Below, one piece after another: positions 44,483-53,317 of a stretch of DNA of 64,000 nucleotides. Under the pieces are notes generated by a model, which saw only the letters and a list, made by a program, of their open reading frames with translations, had not been told where the DNA came from and made no database searches. The first letter of the stretch is position 1; every line of letters starts with the position of its first letter. Made by a program: the position numbers and the translations under genes. The DNA lies in IMG/VR virus record IMGVR_UViG_3300037755_000598, positions 8,801-72,800 of that record; one strand, given 5' to 3'. The DNA comes from a virus.

Positions 44483-45007
44483 TTAAGTCCGGAACGGGAT
44501 GACGGTGCGTTTCCCCTCGTCGTCGGGCTCCTCGGTATCAGCGCGCCTTGGCTTGCGTGCCTGCTCGCGCTCGTACCGCCACTGATTCAGACTGCGGCCC
44601 TGAAGCATGATGCGCTCATGACCGCCGCGCGCCCCCTTCTCGTGACGATGCGTAAGGCGGCCGGGGTTATCCCGGAGAAAGTTATAGATGGATTGCGACT
44701 TCAGGCCGATGAAGTCGGCTGCCTGCTCTACACTGAAGTATTCAAACGCCGCAAGCGGTTCTTTGTGTTCGATGCCATCTTCTGCGGCATCCTCAGTCGG
44801 CGGCTGTGCCGAGCGGGCCTTCCTTCGCGAGGTCGGCGGTGGTTTCGCTGGAACCGGTGTTGGCGGCTCGGGCGTGCTCTCCTTTGTCGCCGCCCGTGCC
44901 GGAGGTTCCAGCAGTCGCAGTATCGAATCTATTGCTTCCTCCGTCTTCTGATTCTCCACAATAGCCCGAATCACGGGCCTCCATCGTCCCGCCGCCTCGT
45001 TATCCAT
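44483..45007 (-). CDS. HTH DNA-binding protein (excisionase/MerR-like HTH)
   Basis: YFSVEQAADFIGLKSQSIYNF. Confidence 0.6.
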   Translation of the reverse strand: MDNEAAGRWRPVIRAIVENQKTEEAIDSILRLLEPPARAATKESTPEPPTPVPAKPPPTSRRKARSAQPPTEDAAEDGIEHKEPLAAFEYFSVEQAADFIGLKSQSIYNFLRDNPGRLTHRHEKGARGGHERIMLQGRSLNQWRYEREQARKPRRADTEEPDDEGKRTVIPFRT

Positions 45008-45072
45008 CGCAGTCTCCTACGTGGGGATATTTTCTACCCGCGATTTGGCATCACTCACTCACAGAAGTTCAT

Positions 45073-45795
45073 TCACCGAAGTAGATTCAGAGCGGCAATC
45101 GCCATGTCCACCGGGTGTAAGAAATTGCGGATGCGCCCCGCCTTAATCTCTACGATGTAGTGGTGCTCAAACTGCAAAAGCCCCTCTCTCGCTCCGCGAG
45201 TCTTCTTGTCCAGCTCCGCGTATGCCGTCTCTTTTTTGGCGAGTGCTTCAAGCAGCGCCGTGTATTGCGCCGCCAGTGCTGTGTACCGCGTTTCATAGTC
45301 GCCCGTTACTTCAGCAATGGAGACGGATGGCGCTGACGACGGGGCCGCGTTCTTCTCGGGCTCGGGCGCATTCTCGTACTCAAATCCCTCGATGGAAATT
45401 CCGTTCGCCTTCAGAATCTCAAGCGCCTTAGCTTCATCCTTACTGTTCGCCTTCAGGCCGCCTGCTCTGAGCATCAGACGCACCTTTTGTCGCGTCCATT
45501 CCTTGTTCGGCTTTGGCAAGAGCTGCGCAAGCCGCTTAATCAGGTTGCTCCTTTTCGCTCCGTGTTTCTTCTTCGTGGCGATGGTTGCCGCCGGACTTGT
45601 CTTTGCTTGCTCCGGCTTGTATTTGCCGATGGATACCCCGGCGTCCTCCAGCATCCTGAGAGCTTTCCCCTGATCGTTGTACGGCGGCGGGTAGTCGCGC
45701 TTCTTCAGGAAATACTTGAGGCGGTTGGGATGCCAGCCAATTGCCCGCGCGAGAGGGCCGGTCCATTTCGAGTGATGCTGCTTCTCAGGTGGCAC
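45073..45795 (-). CDS. hypothetical protein with internal duplication and C-terminal coiled coil
   Basis: two similar units ending KAL..L...G.SI. Confidence 0.6.
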   Translation of the reverse strand: MPPEKQHHSKWTGPLARAIGWHPNRLKYFLKKRDYPPPYNDQGKALRMLEDAGVSIGKYKPEQAKTSPAATIATKKKHGAKRSNLIKRLAQLLPKPNKEWTRQKVRLMLRAGGLKANSKDEAKALEILKANGISIEGFEYENAPEPEKNAAPSSAPSVSIAEVTGDYETRYTALAAQYTALLEALAKKETAYAELDKKTRGAREGLLQFEHHYIVEIKAGRIRNFLHPVDMAIAALNLLR

Positions 45796-45798
45796 TTA

Positions 45799-46083
45799 CT
45801 AAGCTCGCTTTCGTATTTGCGTGACATTGTTTTGGCGCTTTCGCGTGGGTTGCACCACATCAAATTCCAGTGCGTCCGCATTCTTGAAGGTATTTTTCGG
45901 GGCGGCATTAATCAGAAGTACGTCCCATCTGCAAAGGGTGGCATGTCTGCTTCTGCTCCAGGACGGCGTCCTGGCTGCGGCTCTCTTGTCGTAGTTCCGG
46001 CACCGCGCACAGAGCTTGAATACTGAACGGGCAGAGAGAGTGCGTTCGCAGTATGTATTGCCGCAAGCCTTCACATCAGCCAT
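45799..46083 (-). CDS. Cys-containing hypothetical protein
   Basis: start reassigned to MADVKACG; C..C..C..C. Confidence 0.45.
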   Translation of the reverse strand: MADVKACGNTYCERTLSARSVFKLCARCRNYDKRAAARTPSWSRSRHATLCRWDVLLINAAPKNTFKNADALEFDVVQPTRKRQNNVTQIRKRA

Positions 46084-46243
46084 GAGGATTGAACTCCCAT
46101 ATTCCGCGGAAAAATGCCGGCACTCACGATCCGCCGGCATTGAATTGAGGGTGTCCCGGTGTGCGGGGATATTGGTGGATAGAGCGAGCGCGGAGACCTT
46201 CAGAAGTTGAGTGCGTTCGCATTTCGAGAGGCGCTTCCTGCTT

Positions 46244-46462
46244 TTAAGCGCTTGTGACTTCGGCAGCGGATTCGGACTCGCCCGATGGCTCGCCCTGTTG
46301 CTCGCGTTTGATTCGCTCGTAAATCTCTTCGCGGTGAACGGGAACGTTCTTCGGCGCATTGATCCCTATGCGCACCTGATTCCCTTTCACTCCAAGGATG
46401 GTGAGGGTCGTATCCTCACCGATCATCACGCTTTCGCCAGTCCGCCTGGTCAGAATCAACAT
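46244..46462 (-). CDS. csrA: carbon storage regulator CsrA/RsmA homolog
   Basis: [15 protein letters not shown] ... [28 protein letters not shown]. Confidence 0.97.
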   Translation of the reverse strand: MLILTRRTGESVMIGEDTTLTILGVKGNQVRIGINAPKNVPVHREEIYERIKREQQGEPSGESESAAEVTSA

Positions 46463-46534
46463 AAATAGTACCTCCGTGGCACAATTTTCTAAGACCCTAA
46501 GTTCTTCTATGTGTTCTCAATTCCCCTGCGGTGC

Positions 46535-46549
46535 GCAACATGGTGTTGC
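46535..46549. promoter_or_regulatory. operator variant GCAACATGGTGTTGC upstream of csrA
   Basis: 13/15 match to 56906..56920. Confidence 0.65.
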
Positions 46550-46598
46550 GCCCATGCCAAATTTACACCCAGACTTTCCATACAGCAAGAGCCTCCCC

Positions 46599-47033
46599 CT
46601 AGTGCTGGATAATCTCGATTTCCACTCCGAGCTGAGCCTCAAGGATGCGGCGTTTCGTCTCCCAGTCGGGGGTGATGACCCCCTTGCAGTCCATGAGGAC
46701 AAGGCCCGGAACGTGATCCACGTGGCCGCATTTTGAGCAGGAGTGTGGGCGTAGCTTGTTCACCATAAAATCGAGCCGGATGCGCTTTCCGCCGCGCTTG
46801 CCGCGAAGCTGGATGGAGACCTGACGGGCATAGCCCGCGATCACCCCGGCCGCTTCCTCCATGCGAAAGCGCTGGTCGTCTTCGGCTTCAGCTTTGGAGT
46901 CGAAGGTCTCGCCATTGAACTGGGTGCGCACGTTGCCGTATTTGTTGCGCCTCGGTTTCTCAGGGCCGTATTGCTCCTCATACAGCTTGCGCAGTCCGGG
47001 TGGGGCCTGATCCATGGATTTGTAGCGAGTCAC
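46599..47033 (-). CDS. DUF1064-like PD-(D/E)xK endonuclease
   Basis: NKYGN ... FDSKAEA ... QV ... DF.V ... DCKG. Confidence 0.8.
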   Translation of the reverse strand: MTRYKSMDQAPPGLRKLYEEQYGPEKPRRNKYGNVRTQFNGETFDSKAEAEDDQRFRMEEAAGVIAGYARQVSIQLRGKRGGKRIRLDFMVNKLRPHSCSKCGHVDHVPGLVLMDCKGVITPDWETKRRILEAQLGVEIEIIQH

Positions 47034-47055
47034 TTCCTTATTGTACGCTCGGCTA

Positions 47056-47463
47056 ATGATTGTCTCCTCAGACCGCTGGCTCTTCGTTTGCTCCGCGAAT
47101 TACATCCGCTCGCCCACGGCTGAGTACGTGGCGCGCAGGATGGGATTGCTGGCAGATTCCTGCGGCACGATTCCCCGAAGCAGCCTCCGAGGGGGATTTG
47201 TCGTGCAACCGCTTACCGAGCATTTCATCGAGTGGGCACGCGTGATCGTGTGCATGGAGAACATCCACGTCACGCGAGTCATGGATTTCCCGCTCGCGAA
47301 GACGCGGAAGGTCTTCTGTTGGGATTTGCCCGACGACTACCCGCGTCCGTACGAGGAAGCGCTTGTGAACATCTGCACGCGAAAGATGGAGGCGACGCTG
47401 CGTGCGTATATGAGCGGCAAGGGATTGGCCGTCATCGAGGAGATGATAAAGCGGGAAGGGTAA
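47056..47463 (+). CDS. low-molecular-weight protein phosphatase (LMW-PTP/ArsC fold)
   Basis: P-loop FVCSANYIRSPTAE, W.R.I.CME, LPDDY. Confidence 0.8.
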   Translation: MIVSSDRWLFVCSANYIRSPTAEYVARRMGLLADSCGTIPRSSLRGGFVVQPLTEHFIEWARVIVCMENIHVTRVMDFPLAKTRKVFCWDLPDDYPRPYEEALVNICTRKMEATLRAYMSGKGLAVIEEMIKREG

Positions 47464-47582
47464 AGGCCGGGCGCCGCGCTGGCGGCCCCACCGCAGGCTT
47501 GTCAGGAGGAATATCTCACAAGCTACGAGACGCCAGACCAACCGGGAATCTCTTTCGGTCAGTGGGCGCCCGGCAAAACGGG

Positions 47583-48185
47583 CTAGAAACGATACCTGGC
47601 GAAGACGGAGAAGAAACGCAGTTCCCAGTCAACGTCTACATCTTCTACGTCCTGCTCTACTTCGGTTTGCTCGACTTGCGCACCGATGGTGAGATTGTCC
47701 GTGAGGCGTGCCTGTATCCCGATCCCAAAAGTGAAATCGGTGCTGCTGTCTTCAAGCGTCTCGGTCTCGCCGTCAAGCGAGCCCGTAAGGTCCGCGTCCC
47801 AGCGTGATACACCGATGCGGCCAAACCCTTCGACCCCACCCGCAATAGGGAATGTCCCAATGGCAGAGACCTGGAGCACGTCCACATCCAGGGTCAGGTT
47901 CGCGCCGCCGCCGCTCTCGGAAAATTTGCCGGGGTTGTAGTAGCCGGCCTCCAGGGAGAAGTACGGATTCAACTGATAGCCACCAAAGACTTTGAATCCC
48001 GTTTCTTTCAACGTAGCCGAGCCGTCGAACTCCGAGCTGCTCACCTTCAGGCGGGACTGGCCCACTGCCCCGCCCATGTAAAAACCGCTTTCGCTTCCAT
48101 CGACGACACCCGGTATCGCAGCGTGAGCCGCGACAGGAACGCCCCCGATGATTCCCATTACGGCCAACAGAATCGATGCCTTCAT
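47583..48185 (-). CDS. outer-membrane 8-stranded beta-barrel (OmpA-like TM domain)
   Basis: signal peptide, GFYMGG.VG, GYQLNPYF.LE.GY, C-terminal YRF. Confidence 0.85.
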   Translation of the reverse strand: MKASILLAVMGIIGGVPVAAHAAIPGVVDGSESGFYMGGAVGQSRLKVSSSEFDGSATLKETGFKVFGGYQLNPYFSLEAGYYNPGKFSESGGGANLTLDVDVLQVSAIGTFPIAGGVEGFGRIGVSRWDADLTGSLDGETETLEDSSTDFTFGIGIQARLTDNLTIGAQVEQTEVEQDVEDVDVDWELRFFSVFARYRF

Positions 48186-48304
48186 TTCTTTTCCTTAGCA
48201 AAGCGCCCGGTTGGGCGCAGCGGCGGAGTATAGCGACGCTCTAGTGGAATAGCTTTCTCATTAAGGGCGCGGAAATGACGCCCGGCGCAATGATCGTTTC
48301 GCGC

Positions 48305-48763
48305 CTATTCCCGTTTTGACTGCTCCATTCTAAGCGTCTGATAGTAGAACGTGTGCAGAAACCCCAGGTCCGTGCTGTGGCCCAGCGCTTCCATGTACCA
48401 GTACCACAGCATGCGCCCGGATCGCCCGTTGCCATCCATGAAGGGGTGGAGCATTTCATAGTCCACATGGGCAAGCCATGGTGACGAGCCTCCGGTATTG
48501 ATGACCTGAAGCAGTGCACGAAGTTTGGCGCGGATGTGCGGCCCTCCTTCAGGAGGGATGTGGGTTCCCACGCGGACGTTTTGTCCAATACTTTCCCGCA
48601 ACATCTTCCCCGGTTGATACACGTTCACGAACGCCTCCATGTCGGCGACGCTCACCGTCTTCAGTTGCATGAAGCGCTCATACTCCTGAATTTCAGCGGT
48701 TGTCGGATCGCGGTGAATGCCCTCGATGCGATTGCTCTCACGGATTTTTTCAACAGTATTCAT
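48305..48763 (-). CDS. Fic-domain protein
   Basis: canonical HPFMDGNGRSGR. Confidence 0.9.
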   Translation of the reverse strand: MNTVEKIRESNRIEGIHRDPTTAEIQEYERFMQLKTVSVADMEAFVNVYQPGKMLRESIGQNVRVGTHIPPEGGPHIRAKLRALLQVINTGGSSPWLAHVDYEMLHPFMDGNGRSGRMLWYWYMEALGHSTDLGFLHTFYYQTLRMEQSKRE

Positions 48764-48784
48764 GTTGTCCTCGTGGTTCAAAAC

Positions 48785-48861
48785 TGGCGCCCCCGGCAGG
48801 ATTCGAACCCGCGACACCGGGAATAGAAGTCCCGTGCTCTATCCAACTGAGCTACGGGGGC
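48785..48861 (-). tRNA. tRNA-Arg(UCU)
   Basis: full cloverleaf GCCCCCG...TTCGAAT...CGGGGGCGCCA, anticodon loop CTTCTAT, encoded CCA. Confidence 0.95.
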
Positions 48862-48880
48862 GGTGGAGCTGTTCGCAACA

Positions 48881-49525
48881 TCAGATTAGATGAGTCGAGT
48901 ACGGAGAGCAGCCCGCCTGCAACGACTCAATCATGATGGCCGCCTGTTCAAACCGGAACGCGAGATGGGGCATCACATTGCGTTGCCACTGCTCTAGCGT
49001 ATGGGGGTCCGGCGGATTGGCCGCGAACTCACGGTTTACGCGCGCACGCTCGCGCAGCCATGCCGCCATGCCGGCGTAGTCATGCGTGTCCACAGACGCT
49101 GATGTTTTCTGAGCGTTTCGCAACGTTGCGAGACACTCCTGCAAAGCAGCCTCGCTGATATCCTGCGGCTCTGGTTTGGCTTTCAAAGCGGACCGCGCAA
49201 CCAGTGTCGCGTTCTGCATCTCCTGCACTTCGTCGGTCAGCCAGTCGGTGTCGAAATGCTTGACGCCCACGGCGTCGGCGGCATTGGCGAGCCTAAGGAG
49301 CAGCACGGAAAGGTCCGCAGGCGTCTCGGGAGTAGCTATCCCCATCGTCAGCTTCGCAATCCGCGCGAGCAGGCTGCTGATAAGCACGTCCGCTTCGGCC
49401 GCCTCGTATACCCGAACACATGGCGCTGAAACGCGGTTGCTGTGATCACACTCGTGCCGCACGTATTCGTGTAACTCATTCGGCCGAACGGCTTTCGCAA
49501 CAAGTTTTGAGGGAAGCGCAGTCAT
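48881..49525 (-). CDS. hypothetical protein, 214 aa
   Basis: ATGA overlap with upstream gene. Confidence 0.55.
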   Translation of the reverse strand: MTALPSKLVAKAVRPNELHEYVRHECDHSNRVSAPCVRVYEAAEADVLISSLLARIAKLTMGIATPETPADLSVLLLRLANAADAVGVKHFDTDWLTDEVQEMQNATLVARSALKAKPEPQDISEAALQECLATLRNAQKTSASVDTHDYAGMAAWLRERARVNREFAANPPDPHTLEQWQRNVMPHLAFRFEQAAIMIESLQAGCSPYSTHLI

Positions 49526-49968
49526 GCGTGTGCCCCGATCCATATCTCAAAGCCATCGAGCTTGGGATGCTTGTTTCGTGAGACGAAACCATCGCTACGC
49601 GGATACCAGCGCATCCACCAGAATTCCGTATCCGTCTCCGCTGGCACCAGCTTCGGCGGCACGAGCGCAAGCCAATCCTCATCTCCGCCGCGCGGTCTCA
49701 GGGCACGCAGCTCTTCCGGCGCGTCTTCAAATTTCCAGATCATCAGCGCGGGCGGTCCACAGTCCGTCTGCACCACGGCATCCCACACGGCATTGCGCTT
49801 ATCCAGCTCATCGGCGAGCGTGCGTAGCTGCCATGCGCTGATCGCCCCTCCCCGGCTTGAATCTGTGGGCCACCAATTCACATAGCCATCTTCAAGTTCC
49901 CCGAACTCTCCCCGCTCGTTCGCGATCTTCAGCAATCGGGCTTTCGCCTCTTCGTTCGCGTCGCTCAT
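49522..49968 (-). CDS. hypothetical protein, 148 aa
   Basis: WKFEDAP ... GGDEDW ... GAHA phage pattern. Confidence 0.6.
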   Translation of the reverse strand: MSDANEEAKARLLKIANERGEFGELEDGYVNWWPTDSSRGGAISAWQLRTLADELDKRNAVWDAVVQTDCGPPALMIWKFEDAPEELRALRPRGGDEDWLALVPPKLVPAETDTEFWWMRWYPRSDGFVSRNKHPKLDGFEIWIGAHA

Positions 49969-49971
49969 CCA

Positions 49972-50337
49972 TCATTCTCCGGAAGGCTTTTCAGGATTCG
50001 GATTTCTCGCCGGAAGCACCTGACGCAGGCGTCCAAGCTCGGCATACAGCTTTGAGATATTGGCGAATATATCGTGCGCATAGCCCAGGCAAGCACGCAC
50101 CTCGGCATCTGTGACGACAACCGTGGGGCTAAGCCGCAAGTCCCCCGGCGCGCGATTCGTCATCAATGCTTCCAGCACCCGCTCAATTGTGATTTGCTTC
50201 CCCTTCAGATGAGCATGGCCGTGCATGATATGCGGCGCGCACGTGATGAGCGGATGATCGTCCGGGATGGTTCGCCTGCCGATGTCCGTGTCCAGGTCTG
50301 CCTTCCTGCGTCCCGTCGTCAGTGATTTAGTTGTCAC
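49972..50337 (-). CDS. DUF433 domain protein
   Basis: HIMHG...KG.QI.IERVLEAL ... T.AEVRACLGYA. Confidence 0.65.
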   Translation of the reverse strand: MTTKSLTTGRRKADLDTDIGRRTIPDDHPLITCAPHIMHGHAHLKGKQITIERVLEALMTNRAPGDLRLSPTVVVTDAEVRACLGYAHDIFANISKLYAELGRLRQVLPARNPNPEKPSGE

Positions 50338-50629
50338 GGTTTTCTCCCATGTGTGCGAGCAACACTTGTTTGAGAATGCTGGCCGCTGTGTCTTTGCCCA
50401 CGACGCCCGAAAGGTGCCCCACCAAATGCCCAAGATAAGAGCCCCACAGAACGGTGGTAATCCATCGTGACGTAGGAAGGGAGGGCGGCGTCACGTGGGT
50501 AAACATGGCCACAGCGGTTTCGATTTCGGTTTTATGGCGCCGTGCGGTGACGGCGGCCAACGCGGCGGCGGCGGCGAGGTGAACCTCGTGCGTGTAGTCG
50601 TAACTCAAGTGCGCTCCCAAATTCAGCAC
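50327..50629 (-). CDS. hypothetical protein, start uncertain
   Basis: ORF adjacent to att region. Confidence 0.35.
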   Translation of the reverse strand: MLNLGAHLSYDYTHEVHLAAAAALAAVTARRHKTEIETAVAMFTHVTPPSLPTSRWITTVLWGSYLGHLVGHLSGVVGKDTAASILKQVLLAHMGENRDN

Positions 50630-50662
50630 TCAAGTCGGCGTCCTGCTCACGACGACTCTCGT

Positions 50663-50858
50663 TTGACACGCAGTTGACACGCAGTCCCGCGTGTCAACGC
50701 GTAAGTTATTGAATGATCCTGCCGCGCAATGTTGCCCAATGCAACGGCAGGATCGCTAAGTTATTGAAATTCCTTCAGACAATTTCTCCAGGGGATAGGA
50801 AATGATGCCAATCAAAATCAGGCAGTTACGCTAATTTTTGCCACGCAGTTGACACGCA
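50663..50858. other. attP-like region: arm-type repeats and IHF-like sites
   Basis: TTGACACGCAG x2 (50663..50684), inverted copy 50689..50697, TTGCCACGCAG-TTGACACGCA 50838..50858; TAAGTTATTGAA x2 (50702, 50757) flanking a 10-bp stem; next to int 3' end. Confidence 0.7.
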
Positions 50859-52167
50859 TAGCGTGCGGGAGGTCGTCCACAGTCGGCTGGTCCTCGCTAA
50901 TTTCGGTGCCGCCCGCAAAGCGGCGGCCTGTAACGAGCGGGCGCAACGCGTCGTACAGCTTCTCCAGCGCCCCCACGACTGCCCCCATGTACTCAGGCTG
51001 CTTGTCTTTGTAGAACTCCTGTCCCGTCTCAGACCCGTCGTCAGCGTGCCCCATGAACCAGTCCGCAATAGTTTCCGGCACCCCATTCACCGCAAGCCAC
51101 GTGCGGATGAACTTGCGCACGCTCTTGGCACTGCCGCGCCTGATGCCGGCTGCTTTGCGGATGCCGTTGAACATGAGCGCCCCCCGAATCGGGTGCCCGT
51201 TGCCATCGCTTACGACGCGCGCCGCATCCCGCTTCCACGAGCGCAGCTCAGCCACCAGAGTCGGACACAGCGGAATCACCGGCCGGCGCTTGCTCGTGCG
51301 CCGTTTACCTGGCGGGTTCAGCTTCCAGCGCGGCTCCTCTTCGTTACCCACCGAAATTTGCCCCCACCCTGTTTCGATAATCGTCATGAGACGGGCGGCA
51401 TGCGTGGACAGGTTCATATACCGCCACCATGTTTCCTGCTGAGCAGCCGCGTTGAACAGCGCCACCATCTCCGGCAGCTTGTACGCGACGATGTCGTCCT
51501 CGTCCGATTTAATCTTCCAGCTCTTTTTCGGCAAAGCCGCTGGCATCGGCATCAGCAGGCGCGACTCCCGCTCGCAGTGATGCATCGCGCCGCGCATGAT
51601 CCGCGTCATCAGGTCGATGGTGCCGTCCGCGTAGCCGACGCTGCGCAGAATCTTTACGCAGTGCAGTTGCTCAGCCTGTTCAAACGCACTGACCTTCGGT
51701 CCTGCTTCGGGCCACACGCGATTCACGTTCCCGATGGTGAGTTTGAAGTTGTTGCGTTCTTTGCGCGCCGCATTTTGCGCGCATTGCACCTGGAAACGAA
51801 TTCCGGCAATTCTGTCGACATCGCCCCCATCCTTCTCCGCTTTCATGAGCAGCGTTCGCACCTTGTTGATGACTTCATCGTGGAAGGCCGCGCGAGAGAT
51901 GGAATAGATGTTCAGGCATTCCTTCAAATGCATGTCAGTCTTCGTGACCCCCTTGCGCTCACGGACCATCGCTTCCACGTTGGTGAGAACGAATCGCGCG
52001 AGCGCTAGCTCTGCTTCGTCAGGATCGCGCGTGCTAGCGTCGCCGACGCGAACGGTCTGCCGGCCTTTGCACGTGTAGATGCCGATGGTGCCGGCCTTAT
52101 TCCGGTCTCGTTTGGTGAAGTAAGCGCCGTTGGTGTGGAGCCGCGTGGCCCCGGCGTTGGGTTGCAT
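50818..52167 (-). CDS. int: tyrosine recombinase / integrase
   Basis: AAR..., SKRRPVIP, KSVRKF.RTWL, FMGH, FY in catalytic order; 449 aa. Confidence 0.85.
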   Translation of the reverse strand: MQPNAGATRLHTNGAYFTKRDRNKAGTIGIYTCKGRQTVRVGDASTRDPDEAELALARFVLTNVEAMVRERKGVTKTDMHLKECLNIYSISRAAFHDEVINKVRTLLMKAEKDGGDVDRIAGIRFQVQCAQNAARKERNNFKLTIGNVNRVWPEAGPKVSAFEQAEQLHCVKILRSVGYADGTIDLMTRIMRGAMHHCERESRLLMPMPAALPKKSWKIKSDEDDIVAYKLPEMVALFNAAAQQETWWRYMNLSTHAARLMTIIETGWGQISVGNEEEPRWKLNPPGKRRTSKRRPVIPLCPTLVAELRSWKRDAARVVSDGNGHPIRGALMFNGIRKAAGIRRGSAKSVRKFIRTWLAVNGVPETIADWFMGHADDGSETGQEFYKDKQPEYMGAVVGALEKLYDALRPLVTGRRFAGGTEISEDQPTVDDLPHAMRVNCVAKISVTA

Positions 52168-52400
52168 GATGCGTTGTCCCTCGTTTTATTCATGTACGCC
52201 CGAAGCGCCTCTTCCGTGACCTTGCGAATCCGCTGACTGACGGGCACGAAAAGCAGCTCTCCGGTGTCCAGAAGCCGCTTCACAATCCGAAGATCAACCT
52301 CCAGATAGTCCGCGACTTCCTGCTCCGTATAGTGCTTCGGAAGGCCCGAAAAATCGGGGCGATTTGACAGTGAATCGCGTGTTTTTGCCGGTTTCGCCAT
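52005..52400 (-). CDS. excisionase-like HTH protein
   Basis: YTEQEVADYLEV...VKRLL..GEL, overlapping int start. Confidence 0.7.
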   Translation of the reverse strand: MAKPAKTRDSLSNRPDFSGLPKHYTEQEVADYLEVDLRIVKRLLDTGELLFVPVSQRIRKVTEEALRAYMNKTRDNASCNPTPGPRGSTPTALTSPNETGIRPAPSASTRAKAGRPFASATLARAILTKQS

Positions 52401-52465
52401 ACATTTACGCTCTGTCAAGAGCCATTTCATCGAGAACGCCACTTGACTTTGCCCCAAGTCGGCTT

Positions 52466-53317
52466 TCAGTGGGCCTTCTCGGCCGCCGCCTCTTCCTTGG
52501 ACGCCTTCCACCATGACGGCAACCGCCGGCCCCCCGTGCCACCGCCTCCGCGCGCATTGATGATTTCAACCGCCGCAGCGGCGACGCATTGAGCGTGAGA
52601 ATTGCCGGTCTGCTTGTGCAGCACCCGCGCCTTACCGAGCAGGCCATGCACGCCGCCGCGCGTCTCCGACAGTTTTTCGACTGCCATCTTCTCATCGAGC
52701 GCGCCGTTATAGCGCTGGCACAGATGCCCCACGCCATCGATCACCTGTGCCTCAAAGCCCGGATCACCGAACGCATCGCGAATGATGCGCAGCGAACGGG
52801 CGAGCACTTCGCCGTCGCTGCGATTGAAGACGCGCACCAGCGTTCCGACCGCGCGCACAGCGCCTGGGATCTTGTCGCGCGAGATGACGAGGTGTTCCTG
52901 TTTGATGATCTTGTCAATCAGCGATTCGGCCTCGCGCCCCGCCGTGACGCGAACCTTGAATTTGTCGTAAGACGACACGATCAGCACGTTATTCAGGCGG
53001 TCGAACATATCCGCCTCTTCGGCTTCGTTGAGCCCCTGATAGACGCGACACTCGATCTTCTGAATCTCCCACCCCTTCCCGAGCCATTCCTTCAGGGCCG
53101 CGATGCGGTGCTGTCCGTCAATGATGTAGTACACCCCATCGCGCCAGCTCACGACCGGCTGACCGAAGTCGTCCAGGTCAAAGTTCGCAACCAGCTCATT
53201 CACGCGATGCTGCTTCAGATCGCGTTGCACGCGGCGCGAAATCGTCATCTTGCCAATGGGTACTTCCTGGGTTCGATACGCACGGTGGTGCGTGGTGTTG
53301 CGCTTGTTGTTGCTCAT
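52466..53317 (-). CDS. ParB/Srx-like (DUF6551-type) protein
   Basis: VQRDL...V ... VVS.RDG.YYIIDGQHR. Confidence 0.7.
   Translation of the reverse strand: MSNNKRNTTHHRAYRTQEVPIGKMTISRRVQRDLKQHRVNELVANFDLDDFGQPVVSWRDGVYYIIDGQHRIAALKEWLGKGWEIQKIECRVYQGLNEAEEADMFDRLNNVLIVSSYDKFKVRVTAGREAESLIDKIIKQEHLVISRDKIPGAVRAVGTLVRVFNRSDGEVLARSLRIIRDAFGDPGFEAQVIDGVGHLCQRYNGALDEKMAVEKLSETRGGVHGLLGKARVLHKQTGNSHAQCVAAAAVEIINARGGGGTGGRRLPSWWKASKEEAAAEKAH

Noticed and set aside
48785-48861. tRNA-Arg as integration site or prophage boundary
   Set aside because: No duplicated 3' fragment elsewhere in the window, and phage genes continue on both sides.
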